Part shown: positions 1-12,140 of the stretch, one piece after another
Numbering within the stretch: the stretch's first letter is position 1
How the letters are laid out: each line of letters opens with the position of its first letter
Source: Felis catus
Lineage: Eukaryota
Direction: 5' to 3'
Length of the DNA: 64,000 nucleotides
Assembly (NCBI RefSeq): GCF_018350175.1
Contig: NC_058368.1
Coordinates: 178,314,001-178,378,000, forward strand
Notes under the pieces: generated by a model
What the model was told of the DNA's origin: nothing
What the model saw: only the letters and a program-made list of their open reading frames with translations
Databases searched by the model: none
Program-made: the position numbers and the translations under genes

Positions 1-147
1 TCAGGATTCCTTGAAGCTGCCATATCAGCCCTGTACCAACCATCTCTTGCCATCTTTTATGTGTGAGAGAAATAAGCCTCTTCATGGTCTAACACAATGC
101 TATTTTAGAGTTTGATCACACGCAGATGAACCCCATCCAACTGAATC
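1..147 (+). mobile_element. MaLR LTR 3' end (MLT1J/K-like), truncated by window edge
   Basis: gagagaaataagcctct...tattttagagtttgatcacacgcagatgaaccccatccaactgaat resembles the degenerate MLT1 3' terminus (AATAAA-like signal then ...cctaactgata). Confidence 0.55.
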
Positions 148-339
148 ACTGAGGCAGAGAGACGGGAATCTGACCTGTGAACATATGTACACCAGGTGGA
201 ACCGGCATGACTCTCAAATTAGAAAGGCTTGGGGGTGGGGAGAGAGGAAGAGAGGAAGGTTCCACAGGTGACAGCAGACCAAGGCACACGTGAAGGAAGT
301 TATCACTGCAATCACAGGCGGTTGTGCAGTTACACGAGC

Positions 340-540
340 GTGGGCACTATGTGCCCACCTGTGTTAAACTCAGCCACGCCTCACAGCGCACAATCCTGAG
401 TCTGGCTCCGTTACGATTTCCATTTTACAGAATATAAAAGTGAGTTTAGGGTGGCGGAGTAATAAAGGCCACACAGTTAGTGTTGGAGGCAGGATTCAAG
501 CCCGGGAAGTCTGGCTCCAGGGCCTAGCCCCCAACCACCG
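340..540 (-). mobile_element. MIR SINE
   Basis: ccattttacaga...cacacagttagtg..ggaggcaggattcaagcccggg..gtctggctccag matches the MIR core in reverse. Confidence 0.7.
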
Positions 541-914
541 ACTTCCAGAGGTGTGTTTGCTTTCCTGAACTATCCAACCGATAGGTGTTTTGTATGGGAT
601 ATTTTTGTGTTGTTGAACTACAAACTGAACTGTCCGTCTGGAAGGAAACTATAAGGTACTTTAGAGGGCTTTCAGTTTATTATTATTATTATTATTAATC
701 AGTAGTGGTAGGAGCAGCTGGAGAGGATTTGGTCAAGCAAAATCTCATGTGGCACCTCGTGAAGAAATAAAAGGTAGCCTGCTGCAGGTGAAGCAGGGTG
801 TTTGGCCCTACAGAAACCTTGCTTACCCTCCAATTCTGTCTCTCTTCCTCCCCCAACGCGGATACACCAGGGCTCTCCTCCCTGCAGCCTGGCTCTGGGC
901 CTTCCCCAGGCTGC

Positions 915-933
915 TGCTGCCCTCTGCTGGGCA
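915..933 (-). promoter_or_regulatory. Candidate CTCF binding motif
   Basis: Reverse complement TGCCCAGCAGAGGGCAGCA fits the CTCF core CCASYAGRKGGCRS; motif only, no occupancy data. Confidence 0.45.
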
Positions 934-1869
934 CATCTGGAATTGGCGGGCCTCTAGCTCCAGACGCAGGTGAGAGGGTCCTCCTGAGGTTTCCTCTGGG
1001 GCCACTGCTCCCGCTGCCCTGTCACTGTTGTGTGGGGGATGGCCACACGACCTGTCAGGAGCTGAAGGAAGAGACTGCTTTATATGTACCTGGCCGCCCG
1101 CAGGAACTACCCACAGGGCTGCTCTGGGCGCCCGAACCAGGATGCAAGGGAAGAGGACTCAGTTGGCCTGGAGTGAGTTAGGGGTCAGGAGGAGTAGAGG
1201 AGGAAGGTCTGCTGGAGGAGCTGGGGCAACCTCCCTATGGCCTTTAAGTGACAGGCCTGCCTCCAGAATACAATTGTCACTTTCATTTTCAGGAAGGGCC
1301 AGAGTGGTGAGATGGTATGCATTCCACAGCTGCCGAGATCTTAGGCTAAGGGCTTTGTCTGCATTCCAGTCTCAGACACTAGGTGTGCAACCTCAGCAAG
1401 GTACTGCCTCTCCTCCGGGCCCTCTGTTCCCATTGGGAACCGGGGGTGCTGCAGGCCACGGAGAGGCGATGGGACAGGTACCCGTGAGCTGGTGCAGGAG
1501 AGTGCGAGCACAAGCCTGGCGTGGGGGAAAGAGCAAAGCCGTGGAGCAAATGCGATTTCTGTCCAAAACACACTTAGCAGATGGCCACAGGGCAGACAGC
1601 TGTGAACGAGGCTACGGGCAAGGGCCAGGGTAACAGGTGGTGCTGTCCTGTGAAATGCCAGCTCTACACCTGGGAGCATCTGGGCCCTCCTGCTGCCACC
1701 TCAATTCTGGCCTACAGTCTACATCTTGGAGATCTCTGAGCACTTCCTCCACTGCCAGGAGCCACTCTCCTTCATCCTTTGGACACCTCTCCCTTCCCGC
1801 TTTGAGCTGAACGGAGAGGGTAGAGAACAGACAAATCTTTCTTCTGGGGTCCCTGCACCACTGTATTCG

Positions 1870-2490
1870 ACATTCATTTATTCAGCAAATATGTGCTGAA
1901 CACCTTTTCTGGGCCCACCACCGTTCCAATCAGCGGTGAACAAAACAGACAATCAACCTTCCCTCATTTAAGGGAGAGAGGAAATCAATATGTAAACAAG
2001 TAAGATATATATTATGATAAATGAAAATACCAGGGAGAAATACAGAACCAGGGCAGGGGAGGGGGTGTTGTTATCTGAAATAGGGGATCAGGGAAGTCTC
2101 CCTAAAGGGACCTTTAGGGAAAGAGCGCTCCAGGCAGAGGGTACGGCATGAACAAAGGCCCTGAGATAGAAATGTGGGTGCCATGTTTATGGAACAGCAA
2201 GGCTGCTCCTTGTGGCTGGAGCAGAGTGGGTGGTGGGTGGGGGGAGGGGGTAGAGGAGCTGGGGTGGGTGGGGGAGGGAGGTTAGGATCTCGTAGAGCCT
2301 TTACTTTGGGTGGGTTGGAAAGCACTGGAGGGGTTCTGAGCAGAAAAGACGTATGGTCTGACATTTTGTAGACTATCCCTTTGTCTACTGGCTGCAAAAT
2401 GGACTGTATACAACAGTAAGGGGCAATGGCAGCAGTGGGGAGGCCAGTGATGAGGCTCCTGCAAGAATCCAGACCAGAGAGGTGGGGGTG
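1870..2490 (-). mobile_element. L2 LINE 3' fragment
   Basis: Starts with cattcatttattcagcaaatat (L2 tail in reverse), followed by degenerate L2 3' region (ccaggcagagg..aacaaaggccctgag; ggaaagcactggagggg; ctactggctgc). Confidence 0.7.
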
Positions 2491-2889
2491 GTAGTTTCCC
2501 AACGAGAAGCCCTGCCAGACATTTAGGGTCTGAGAAGAGGAGAATAGGGGTAGGAGAGGGAGGGCTGGGCCAGTGGTTCCTGGCTAGTAGGTCTCTGAGG
2601 GTGCTGGGGAGTATCTGGAAAGGACAGATGAATCCATATTCTCACTAAGTACACATATGCAGAATAAGCCTGAGATACATGTATATACCCTTATTCTAAT
2701 ATACGTAGATGTTGTTGTCATAAAAAGAAAGCTAATTTTTAAATGTTGCTGATTTACCGTATGCTTTGAAGGTATTCATGTTTTCATTCAGTGGGTCCTA
2801 CCCATTATTCTGTTGTTGGTACGCATGGATTGGAGGTGCTGGGGCACTGGGGTGTGAGGGCACCGCTCCCCTCGCCCCTTCCCCGCAGA

Positions 2890-3075
2890 CACAGAAGTGG
2901 ACTCTGGATTCAGACAGAGTTTGTATGCCTGGCTCTGCCACTCACAAGTTGTGACCTCGGGCAGGTCATTGCACTTCACGTCTCTAAACCTCCGTTTATC
3001 CATTTGTGAAGTGAGACTTATGGGACCTACCTCATAGGGTGGCCAGTACTCTGGGTAAGGCACTCGGTATGCAGA
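2890..3075 (+). mobile_element. MIR SINE
   Basis: ggactctggattcagacaga...ggctctgccactcacaagttgtgacctcgggcagg...ctctaaacctccgtttatccatttgtgaa. Confidence 0.7.
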
Positions 3076-4309
3076 AATCATTTATAGGGGGTGCTCACTT
3101 TCTGCCTTGCCTCATGCCCCTAAAAGCTGGAGGCTGTTCTTGCTTGAACCCTGGCTTTTACTGTGCGATCGTGGGGGACCTGTCCACCTTGTTGGCACGC
3201 CATTTCCTCCCCTATTAAACAGAGATAAACCCAGGATGGAAAATGCATGTTCAGATTGCTGGGATCAGGGAGTGTGACCGTGTCACATGGTTGAGCCACT
3301 GATGAGGTCTCTGCGTGCAGAAGGTGCTCAGTTGATATTCTCCTTCGGGATGAATGAAAGCCACTGGTGCAGAGGGGCAGGCCCGGGAGAGTTCCTCGGG
3401 CTCCAAGGCCTCGGGCCTCTCCACTCAGTCCCCCTGTGGTCACAGCTTGGGCCTGCGAGCAGCTGGCCTGTTTGCCTGCGGCCCCCAATGTCCCTGTGCA
3501 TCCGTGCAGTCTCCCCAGGGAGACGGGCAGGCCCTCAGGGCTCGGGTCTCCTCACACCCCTCTCTGGATGCTCACTGCCCAGTGAGCTCAGCTGGAAGCC
3601 AGCTCTGTGCCCTGCCTGAGAGTCCACACTTGGTCTCCACCGTGCCTGAGTTCCAGACCCTCATTTCCAGCTGCTTTGTTCACATTTCCCCTTCGTGTCT
3701 AACGGAACCCTCAGACTTAATAAAACAGGACTCCTGAGATTTTCCCTCCAACGTGCCAGCACTATGTCTTCCCGTGGCATTCAAGGCTGACTCCTCCCCG
3801 CTTCTTAGACATTACTCCTGGGACTTCCTCGATATTTGTCTACTGCACCCCCACCCAGTCCATCAGTGTACCCTGCTGAGTCCTTTAAATACACACCCAG
3901 ACACTGGCTACTTCTCACCACCTCCACCTCCACCCCTGACCGCCCACGGCCCAGGTACCGGCACCCTCCGCTCGGCAACTGCAGTGGCCTCTCGTAACTG
4001 GTCTCTGGGCCTCCCTCAGTCTGTTCTCACTGCAGCTCAGTGATCCATCTATAAGTTGAAGTCAGATCATTTTATAAATTCTGTAAATTAATGCCCAGAT
4101 GTCTTCTTAACCCCCCCCCCCCCAGAAGCTCCTGATTTCCCCCCTCAGAACTGAAAAAAAGATCCTTGCAAAGAAACTTGCTTGGCTGGAGACAAAATTC
4201 TGAACGAGAGAGAAACTGGGCTTGCCCTGTGGAGCTTACAGTGGGGGAAATCAGACAGCAAGGGCGTAAACAGCCACATGCACAGATGGTTTCAGACTGC
4301 GATGGTTCT

Positions 4310-4538
4310 TTCTTTCTTTCTTTCTTTTTTTTAAAAAATTTTTTTAACATTTATTTATTTTTTGAGAGAGAAAAAGAGCATAAGCAGGGGAGGGGAAGAG
4401 AGAGAGGGGGACAGAAGATCTAAAGCAGGCTCTACGCTGACAGCAGAGAGCCTGATGCGGGACTTGAACTCACGAACCATGAGATCGTGACCTGAGCTAA
4501 AGCTGGACACTTAACCAACTGAGCCACTGAGGCACCCC
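4310..4538 (-). mobile_element. Can-SINE (SINEC_Fc-like) with 17-bp TSD
   Basis: Poly(T), GA-rich linker and tRNA-like head ending ...gagccactgaggcacccc; flanked by cagactgcgatggttct (4293-4309) and cagactgtgatggttct (4539-4555). Confidence 0.95.
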
Positions 4539-4908
4539 CAGACTGTGATGGTTCTATGAAGACCCTGCTGACTTGGGTGGGAGACTACCTTGTCCAGGGG
4601 TTCCGTGAGGCCTCTGAAGAGGTAATATGTAAGATGTCAAAGAGCTGGAAGGGACTCCTGAGACATCTATTTTCAGTCTTCCTGCCCCATTTATATATGG
4701 AGGAAAAAGAAGCCCAGAGAAGTAAAGTGACTTGCTCATGGCCACACAGCACAGTACTTACAGGACTGGACTTCCAAGCAGGCCTCCTGACAGCCTGGTC
4801 CCTGACTTATGATTGCTGGACTAAAGCTACAATTCCTAACAGTGATGTCTGGGAAGGCTATGAGATATTAAGCTCCTCTTAAAACATATATATATATATA
4901 TATATAAA

Positions 4909-5130
4909 GGGCACCTGGGTGGCTCAGTCGGTTAAGCGTCCAACTTCGGCTCAGGTCATGATCTCACAGTTCATGAGTTCAAGCCCCACATCGGGCTCTG
5001 ACAGCCCCGAGCCTGGAACCTGCTTCGGATTCTGTGTCTCCCTCTTTCTCTGCCCCTCCCCTGCTTGCACTCTGTCTCTCTCTGTCTCTCAACAATAAAT
5101 AAACATTAAAAAAAACAAAAACAAAAAAAC
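4909..5130 (+). mobile_element. Can-SINE (SINEC_Fc-like)
   Basis: gggcacctgggtggctcagtcggttaagcgtcc...(CT)-rich linker, aataaataaacatt, A-rich tail; aacatatatata on both flanks. Confidence 0.95.
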
Positions 5131-5134
5131 CCCC

Positions 5135-5500
5135 AACATATATATAGATATTATATTTTAGTGTTAATTTATATATAGTTTATCTGTTATTATATTTATT
5201 CATATTTATTTTTAACATCTCTATATTATTTAAATAATATATATTATTTAATACAAATATATTTAACATAGCTCTATATTGTTTAAATAATATATGTTAT
5301 ATATTATGTAATACATATATATTTATATTGATTATATAAGATATATAAAATAAAAGGAGATCTATAATATGTAATGTAGGTTATATATAATATATAATTA
5401 TAACATATGACATAACTGTACTATATAGTTGTAATGTATAATTATAATGTATTATGTAGAGAATATATGTAATATATAACATAATATATATCCTTTATTT
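5135..5500. repeat. Very AT-rich (TA)n-derived low-complexity tract
   Basis: About 370 bp of degenerate TATA/TTAT/ATAT with few G or C; continues the (TA)n at 4886-4906. Confidence 0.9.
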
Positions 5501-5572
5501 TTCAATACAAAAGAATCACAAAATCAAAATAAGTTATACTAACTATGAGGCCATATGACTCAATGCATCCGC

Positions 5573-5605
5573 ACGCTTGATCTTAGCCAAAGGCCGAGAA
5601 GCGAT
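5573..5605 (-). pseudogene. 3'-truncated U2 snRNA retrocopy (about nt 1-34)
   Basis: Reverse complement ATCGCTTCTCGGCCTTTGGCTAAGATCAAGCGT versus U2 5' end ATCGCTTCTCGGCCTTTTGGCTAAGATCAAGTGT; direct repeat actcaatgcatc at 5558-5569 and 5611-5622. Confidence 0.92.
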
Positions 5606-5624
5606 GACTAACTCAATGCATCTG

Positions 5625-6815
5625 AATTAGTGATGCTGCACACCATCGATCACCCCTCCTTTCTGAAGCCCTTTCTCCTTGGCCCCCAGAGCATCACATC
5701 TGCCTGGTTTTCCTCGCATTTCCCTGGTGTTTCCATCCCAGTCTCCAAAGCTGATCCTTCCTCCTCTCCCAGTCTCTTACCCCTGCAGGGCCAGGGCTCC
5801 GGACTCAACCCTTTTTTCTTCTCCCTTGACACACACATCCCTTGGCGACATCTTCCAGTATCATGGTGTTTATGCACTAAAGACTCCAAAATTCTATCTC
5901 CTGCTAAGGTAAGGTCTCTTTCAGGAACATCAGAGTCACGTACCTAGTCACCTACTTCAGTGCTACTCGGAGTGGTCTGCAGTCTGGCAGCATTGGGCAC
6001 CACTTGGGAACTTGTTAGAAATGCAGCATCTTGAGCCCTGGCTCAGACCTAGTGAACCAGCACCTCGGGTAGGGGAAGGCCAGGAGAGTGTCCAGCATCT
6101 GGCTAACAAACTCTCTAGAAGACCTGCCATTGTGAAGCTTGGGAAGCACTTCACTCCCTGACCTTTCCACTTGGATGTCTAATAGGCGTCTCACACGTAT
6201 CATGTCCAAACCTGAGCTCCTGAAATTTCCTCCCAGTGAGCTCCTCTACCAGCATTCTCCTCTGCCCTTTGCTCAGGCCAAAACCCTGTAGTCACCTTGG
6301 ACTTCTGTTTCCGTCTCATGCCCACATTCAGTCTGTCAGCAAGCCCAGCGGCTCTGTATTCAAAACACGTCCAGAGTCCCAGCCCTGTCCCCACCTTCAC
6401 TGTTACTCCCTGGCTGGACCCACCATCACCTGTCAGTGCTCCTGCTTCTGCCTGGGACCGGACAACCCGGCACAGCAGCCAGAAGGACTCTGTTGCAATG
6501 CAGTCAGATCTCGTCTCTCTTGTGGTTCAAACCCTGTGCTGGCTCCCTTTCTCATGCCGAGTAAAAGCCATAGCCCTTACGAAGACACTGTAGGTGACAC
6601 ACTTTTGTCCTCTTGTTATGTCCCTGGCTGCATTGCTCTGCTCTCCTCCCGGTTCCCCTCTGACCCTGGCACACTCCTGGCCCTGCAATGGCTGTTCATT
6701 CTGTCTGAAGAGCTCCCCTCCCAGACACCTGCACATTAGGTCCTGGCATCCTTCAGGTGGTACCCAAAGTCATTGTCAGTCAGACTCCCCCGATCACGAC
6801 CTAGCTGAAATTTGA
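5625..6815 (+). mobile_element. L2 LINE fragment interrupted by MER5
   Basis: Degenerate L2 motifs: gatcacccctcctttctgaa, cttccagtatcatggt, ccacttggatgtctaatagg, catgtccaaacctgagctcc, ttgctcaggccaaaacc, cccacattcagtctgtcagcaagccc. Confidence 0.75.
5958..6151. mobile_element. MER5-type hAT-Charlie DNA transposon
   Basis: cagtgctactc...cacttgggaacttgttagaaatgcagcatctt...tttgggaagcact-like end; nested in L2. Confidence 0.75.
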
Positions 6816-8809
6816 ATTTGTTTCTTACTTAATTTTTTTATTTTGCTCTTTATTTTATGCAACGCTAGCTGCCCTACCTATTTTTCTTATCCTGTTTGTT
6901 GCCTACATATTCAGTAGGGCATACACTTCCCTGGGCATCGCGCTCAGGGTACCCGCCTCCATCAATTATGCCTGGTTCCCGGTACCACTCAGCACAGACT
7001 CCCACTTAGCCTTGTATTGCTCACTTTGAACACCAGGTGGAGCCCCACACTGCTCCAAGCTTCCGACTTCCTCTGCTCCCCTCTTGTAGGAGTCAGAGAA
7101 GCTGAGAAATCTGCCCAGGGAAGGCTGGTGGCCTGATCCCTCCCATTTCCCCCCACCTCCCAGCGACCTCCTCTTGAAAGAAGGATATGCTTTTTCTGAC
7201 CTCACAGTGAGGATGGCTCCTCCTTGAGGTGGGAATTCACAACTCATCCCCATGGAGGCGGTAGAGGAATGGCCTCTTCCAGGTTCAGTCTAAGCTCAAG
7301 TCCTCCCACCCCATCCCATAGCAGCCCACACCAAGGAACACTGAGGAGGGCCTGCTGGGTGCTAGCTGCTGTGCTCAGTGCTTTTTCCCAGCTGTCCTAC
7401 GAATCCTTGCCGTAGCTCTGTTCCCATTTATAGACTTTTTGGATGTGGAAACTAAAGTTTAGAGAGGCCAGGTTGTTTGCCTGAGGTTACGCAGCTGGTA
7501 AGTGCCGTCCTGGGAGTCCAGCCTGGGCCCATTTGACTCGAAAGGTTCTTCTGCTGTGTCAAATGTGTTCCCCCTCTCCCCCCAATTCACTGAGCAGAGA
7601 ATGGCCTGGGGAAGAGGCAAATCCGGTCCATCCTTGGGTTATCACAGTTCAGAAATCATTTCACATTTCAAGAGAAATGACACTTGTTTGTGTGGCCACC
7701 TCCTTCCATTTACTCATTGCTCACATCCCTGATGATAAGGATGTGCCAGCTGAGCCCAGAGAGCCTACGGGCCCTGGCCAGAGGTGAGGCAGAAGAACTG
7801 TGTTCTTTCTCCTGACCTCCCTGCCTCTGGGGCCTGCCCGGGAATGGGGGGGGTGGGTAGAGGGTTGAGAGGCAGAGCTCTCTGCAACCTACACCAAGGG
7901 AGGTCAGGTGCAGAGAGCGATGGGTAGTTTCTCTGCAAAGCATTCTCCAAAGCCTTGCAAGGAAACACTAGGGTGTGGGCTGAAGCCTAGGAGGGGCTTC
8001 CTGTGTCAGAAAGAGATACAGGATTGGAGGACAGAATCCTAAGTACAGCAGAATTAATGATTCGGCCATCCAGGTGGCTTTGGTTGGACAGGGCCTGATT
8101 TCGGGGTTTTTCTAGTGTTTTCTGAGTCTCTTCCATGCACTGTCACTCTGGGGTATTTTCTTCCTGTAATCACTTTAAGCCTCCCTAGATGCAGGTGAGT
8201 CTGGGCTGGGAAATGGGCAGAAGGACAGAAGAAAAGGGACGAAGGGCCTCTGCTGCAGGGGAGGGCTCAGAACTGAGTGTGAAGGAGAGGCACACCCTGG
8301 AATTCGAGGTCGCGGGTGTGACCAGCTGGCCCACTGCTGCCACCGAGGTGGCTGCCATCATGGAGCTGTGTGCATAGGCGCTGTGCAACACCGCCCTCTC
8401 CCTCGTTGGGACTTGAGCTATGGGCCGGCGGGCCTGACCCTGGCCCCCAACTGGTCAGTGGTGGCGCTGGGATACCTCCTGGTTCTGTGGCCTTGCTGGC
8501 TAACCGCAGGAGGTTAGAGCCTTTTCTTCTGCTCTTCATGAATCAGGAAAAATAAATAAATCAGGAGTCTGGGGACTGGAGGCTCCGTGCTAGGGTACAC
8601 AGATCTCCTTCTGTGCAAGGAGATAATTCTGTGTTGTTGTTTTTTAAAAAATTCCATCTGGGAAAGTTCCTCTTTGGGTCTCCAGCTGCTTTTGAAAAGC
8701 CTTTGATATGGAGAATGGCAGAGACTAATCAAGGAGGCTCAGACTTGCCCTTGATTCCTGAAGCCCATGCCTGGGTCCTGGGGCCATGCTTGTAGACAGC
8801 AGCAACATG

Positions 8810-8970
8810 CTCCGTGTTTCCTGAGCACCTACTATGTACCAGGCACAGTGCTCATGCTCTCACAATCTTTGCCTTCATCCTCACAGCTGCCCTGGGAGGT
8901 AGGAATCATTATGCCCCTTTCCTAGAGGAGGCAACTATGTGTCCAGTGAGCTACAGACAGGAGGTGCCCT
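8810..8970 (-). mobile_element. MIR SINE
   Basis: ctgagcacctactatgtaccaggcacagtgct...ttcatcctcacagctgccctgggaggtagg..attatgcccc. Confidence 0.65.
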
Positions 8971-10135
8971 CTCCTGTACAAGGCAGTTCCACAGCCATCA
9001 TCTCCCAGACCGCCCCCGTTCAAAGAAGAGGGAACAGAAGCTGTGTGGCTTTCCTTTCTCAGGTTCCAGTTTCATTCATTTTGCAAATATGTTTGGGTGT
9101 GCATTTGGTGCCTCCAGTGGGTGTGACTGTGCTGGGGATACGGTGGGGCGGCGTGGGGGTGGGGGAATGGGGGGAATGGAGGTGGCAGCCCTGAATGCTG
9201 GAACAGTCCTGCAGGGGGAGGGCCAGCCAAGGCCTGAAGAGGGGTTGAGTCAGACACAGTTGGGCAATGGCGAGGAGGCCAGGGTGGCTGGAGTGACAGA
9301 GGGAGAGTGCGGTGGGACCCACATATCCCAACTACTATCTCTGGGCTGTAGTGGCTTTGCAGCTCTGCAGGGCCTCCCCTTGGCTGCCTGAGACCTCTCA
9401 TCACTCCCCCTGCAGGGAGATGGGTCTCCGACTGAGGTGGTGGGGGGGGGGGGTTGGCTGTCTAGCCCTCCTCTAAGGGTAGGTAGGACACGTTCCCAGA
9501 GAGCAGCTCCTTAGCCTATCAAGAGTTTCCGACTCACCCATCTGATCTACCTCTTTTCTTCTGGCCCTGACCTAGGATCCCAGCCAGGAGGTCCCTGCAT
9601 GGACAAGTGCTCCCCCCGACCCCGTGACTCCCCGGGTCAGACTCCCCAGGCCTGCCTGCACCCTGTCACTCTGAGCTCCCAGACCTGTGCAGGGTCAGGA
9701 ATGAGTGTCTGTTTCCCAGGCAAGGAGTTTAAGCAGCTAGGCTAGCATGAGATCGATGCATATGTCAGGGGTGAAGGAGGGAACAGATGTTTTCTGAACA
9801 GCAAATCCATAGATGCGGGAGGTGGGAGGGGAGGGAAGGAGGGATGAAATGATTTTGCATTCTGGAGTCGGCCCCGGGGCATGATGGATGGAAGTGTTCC
9901 TTGAGACTGGGTGTGAGGGGGAGCCTGTGGAAGCACTGGGTGGGCTCCAATCCAGAGCTGTTCCCAGCGCCAGGCTGCAGGCCCGGAGGGAGGGGAGGGG
10001 TGGTCAAGGGCAGATTTTCTCCCCGCTGGGGGCTGGGGGCCAAACCTGCACTGCACGCCAAACATGAATCCTGCAAATTAACCTTGAACTCCCCTGTAAG
10101 AGAAACTCCGTTCCCAGAAATGTATACACTGCAGC

Positions 10136-10138
<3 letters not shown>

Positions 10139-10168
<30 letters not shown>
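10139..10168. repeat. (GT)15 microsatellite
   Basis: Perfect GT dinucleotide run. Confidence 0.98.
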
Positions 10169-10172
<4 letters not shown>

Positions 10173-11949
10173 ATGCATGTAATGATGGGCGTCTTAGTGG
10201 GACAACCAGGCCTGGAGTGAGAGTATTAAATCATGGCTTTAGTTCTCAGATCCTGGGCGTGGAATATACCCCATGTTGCTTTTTATGACACTTATGAGGA
10301 AATAAGTGCCTCCTTCTTTACTACATATTTTATTATTTTCCCCAAACAGTATTCCTAGCAGTTTCCTAATAGGGTCTGGGGGCGGGGGAGGGATTATAAC
10401 CGAGGAGAAAAAAAAAAAACACCAAAACCTTTGGAGTCAGAATGGCTGCAGTTGAAATTCTTGCTCTAATGCCTGTTCTTATGCAATTTTGAGAATCTCC
10501 ACATCTCTGAGCCTCAGTTGCCCCACTTGTAAGAATGGGGATATTTTGTGAAGGTGCTGTTATGCAGATGGAATGCCATGGCTTATATAAGGGGAGTCAA
10601 CCTCACAGTGGCCCTCCAGGATGGTTTGTCTGACCTTTCAGTGATGAAGGCAGCAGTGTGTGTGTTTGAGAGGAGGGTGAGGGGGGTGGCTGGCCAGAGG
10701 GTGTGACTAACAGGCTGCCTGGGAAGTCACTGGGCCCAATACTTCCTCCAGTGGGGCAAATGCCACCACAGAGACCCTCTGGGCTGCATTTTCATTTCCT
10801 AACGCCATCTCTGTGGTAGAGGGTGGTCTCAAAGGCAGAAAATCCCCACACGCTTCTCTGCAAGTGGGGAGAGGAAGGAAGGGTGGGCCAGGCCAGAACC
10901 CTCAACACCTGTGAGATTAGATCAGGTGTGGCATCTGGGATGGAGACTTTTTAATGAAAAGCTCTTACATTTACTGGAGAGAGAGAGGCCGTCTGGCATT
11001 CCCATGCTGCTGAGACTTCTCCTCAGCTCTGGAGTCAAGGGGGAGCCTCCAAGTCCTTCTCTCCAGCCCCATCCCTCAAAGCATGAACAACTCTCCAACC
11101 TGGGCCTCTGTGCTTAGTGGAGCTGAGAGGGCAGGGGGCAGGCAGGGAGCTTCCCCCTTGGGCAAGCCTCAGACTTCTTGTGTGTCACCCAGGGGGTGCT
11201 AAACACCACAGGCTGATTCAAAACAGACCCCCTAAGTCTTCAAGTCAAACCAAGGTACTGTAGGCTTTGGCGGATGGCTGCTTGAGGCCCTTGAGCTTGC
11301 CCACGGTGTCACCCAGGCCCTTGGGCAGTGGCAGGGGGACCTGGAGCTTTGTCGCCTTTCTGGGATTTGCAGTGACCTCAGCCCCTTCCCAGCACAGCTT
11401 GTCGTCGTGTGAAGCAATGCCAACTTTTCGGGCATAGGCGGTGGCAGTCTGGAACATTCTCACCCTAAACTGGTGCGGGTCAGACAATCTGATGCTCATT
11501 CTGATGGAGGAATGCAGGAGATTTGCTACTGGCAGAAGAAATCTGCTTATAGGGGCTCAAGAACCAAGGGACCTCCCAGTTCAGGAGGAATGTGACCTTG
11601 TGGGCTGCCCCATGAGGGTTCCATCCCAGGTGGGGCAAGTGATCTCAGCCTGGGCCTCAGGCTGCTGAAGACGAAGGGGGATTAATGATCCAGAAGGCCA
11701 GAGAACCAGGCCTGCAGATACACATATTCTCTCTTCATTATAAAATAATTGTTTCTTATGTTGTTCAGGGCCATTAACAGCTCTGTCACAGTAGCATTCT
11801 TTGAGAGCCGCTGAACAAATGGTGAGTGAGCTATGGGAAAATGCTGGAGAATCATTCCCATTCCTGTCTTCCCTGTGAAATCCACATGTATACACACACA
11901 CAAACCAAAGTCAGGGCACAGCCGGGGCCACAGTCCACAACAGCTCCCT

Positions 11950-12140
11950 GGGAGGACACAGGCCGCAGCTCCTGCTACGGCCACCAGTTACCTTCTTCCT
12001 GGTTAAGTCACCTGCGGCTCTGTCTCTGGTTCCCAAGTTCCCTGGGCCATGAACATGGGCTCACGTGCTAGCTGCAAGGGAGTCTGGGAAAGTGAGTATC
12101 TGGCCTTCCAGGCTTCTCAGTTGGGAAGCCGACCCTGTCT
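11950..12140 (-). mobile_element. Old MaLR LTR fragment (MLT1K/L-like)
   Basis: ctagctgcaaggggagtctgggaaagtgagtatctggc is a typical old-MLT1 motif. Confidence 0.5.

Noticed and set aside
1028..1633. 201-aa ORF
   Set aside because: G/R/A-rich composition typical of a chance ORF in GC-rich DNA, non-ATG start, no family resemblance.
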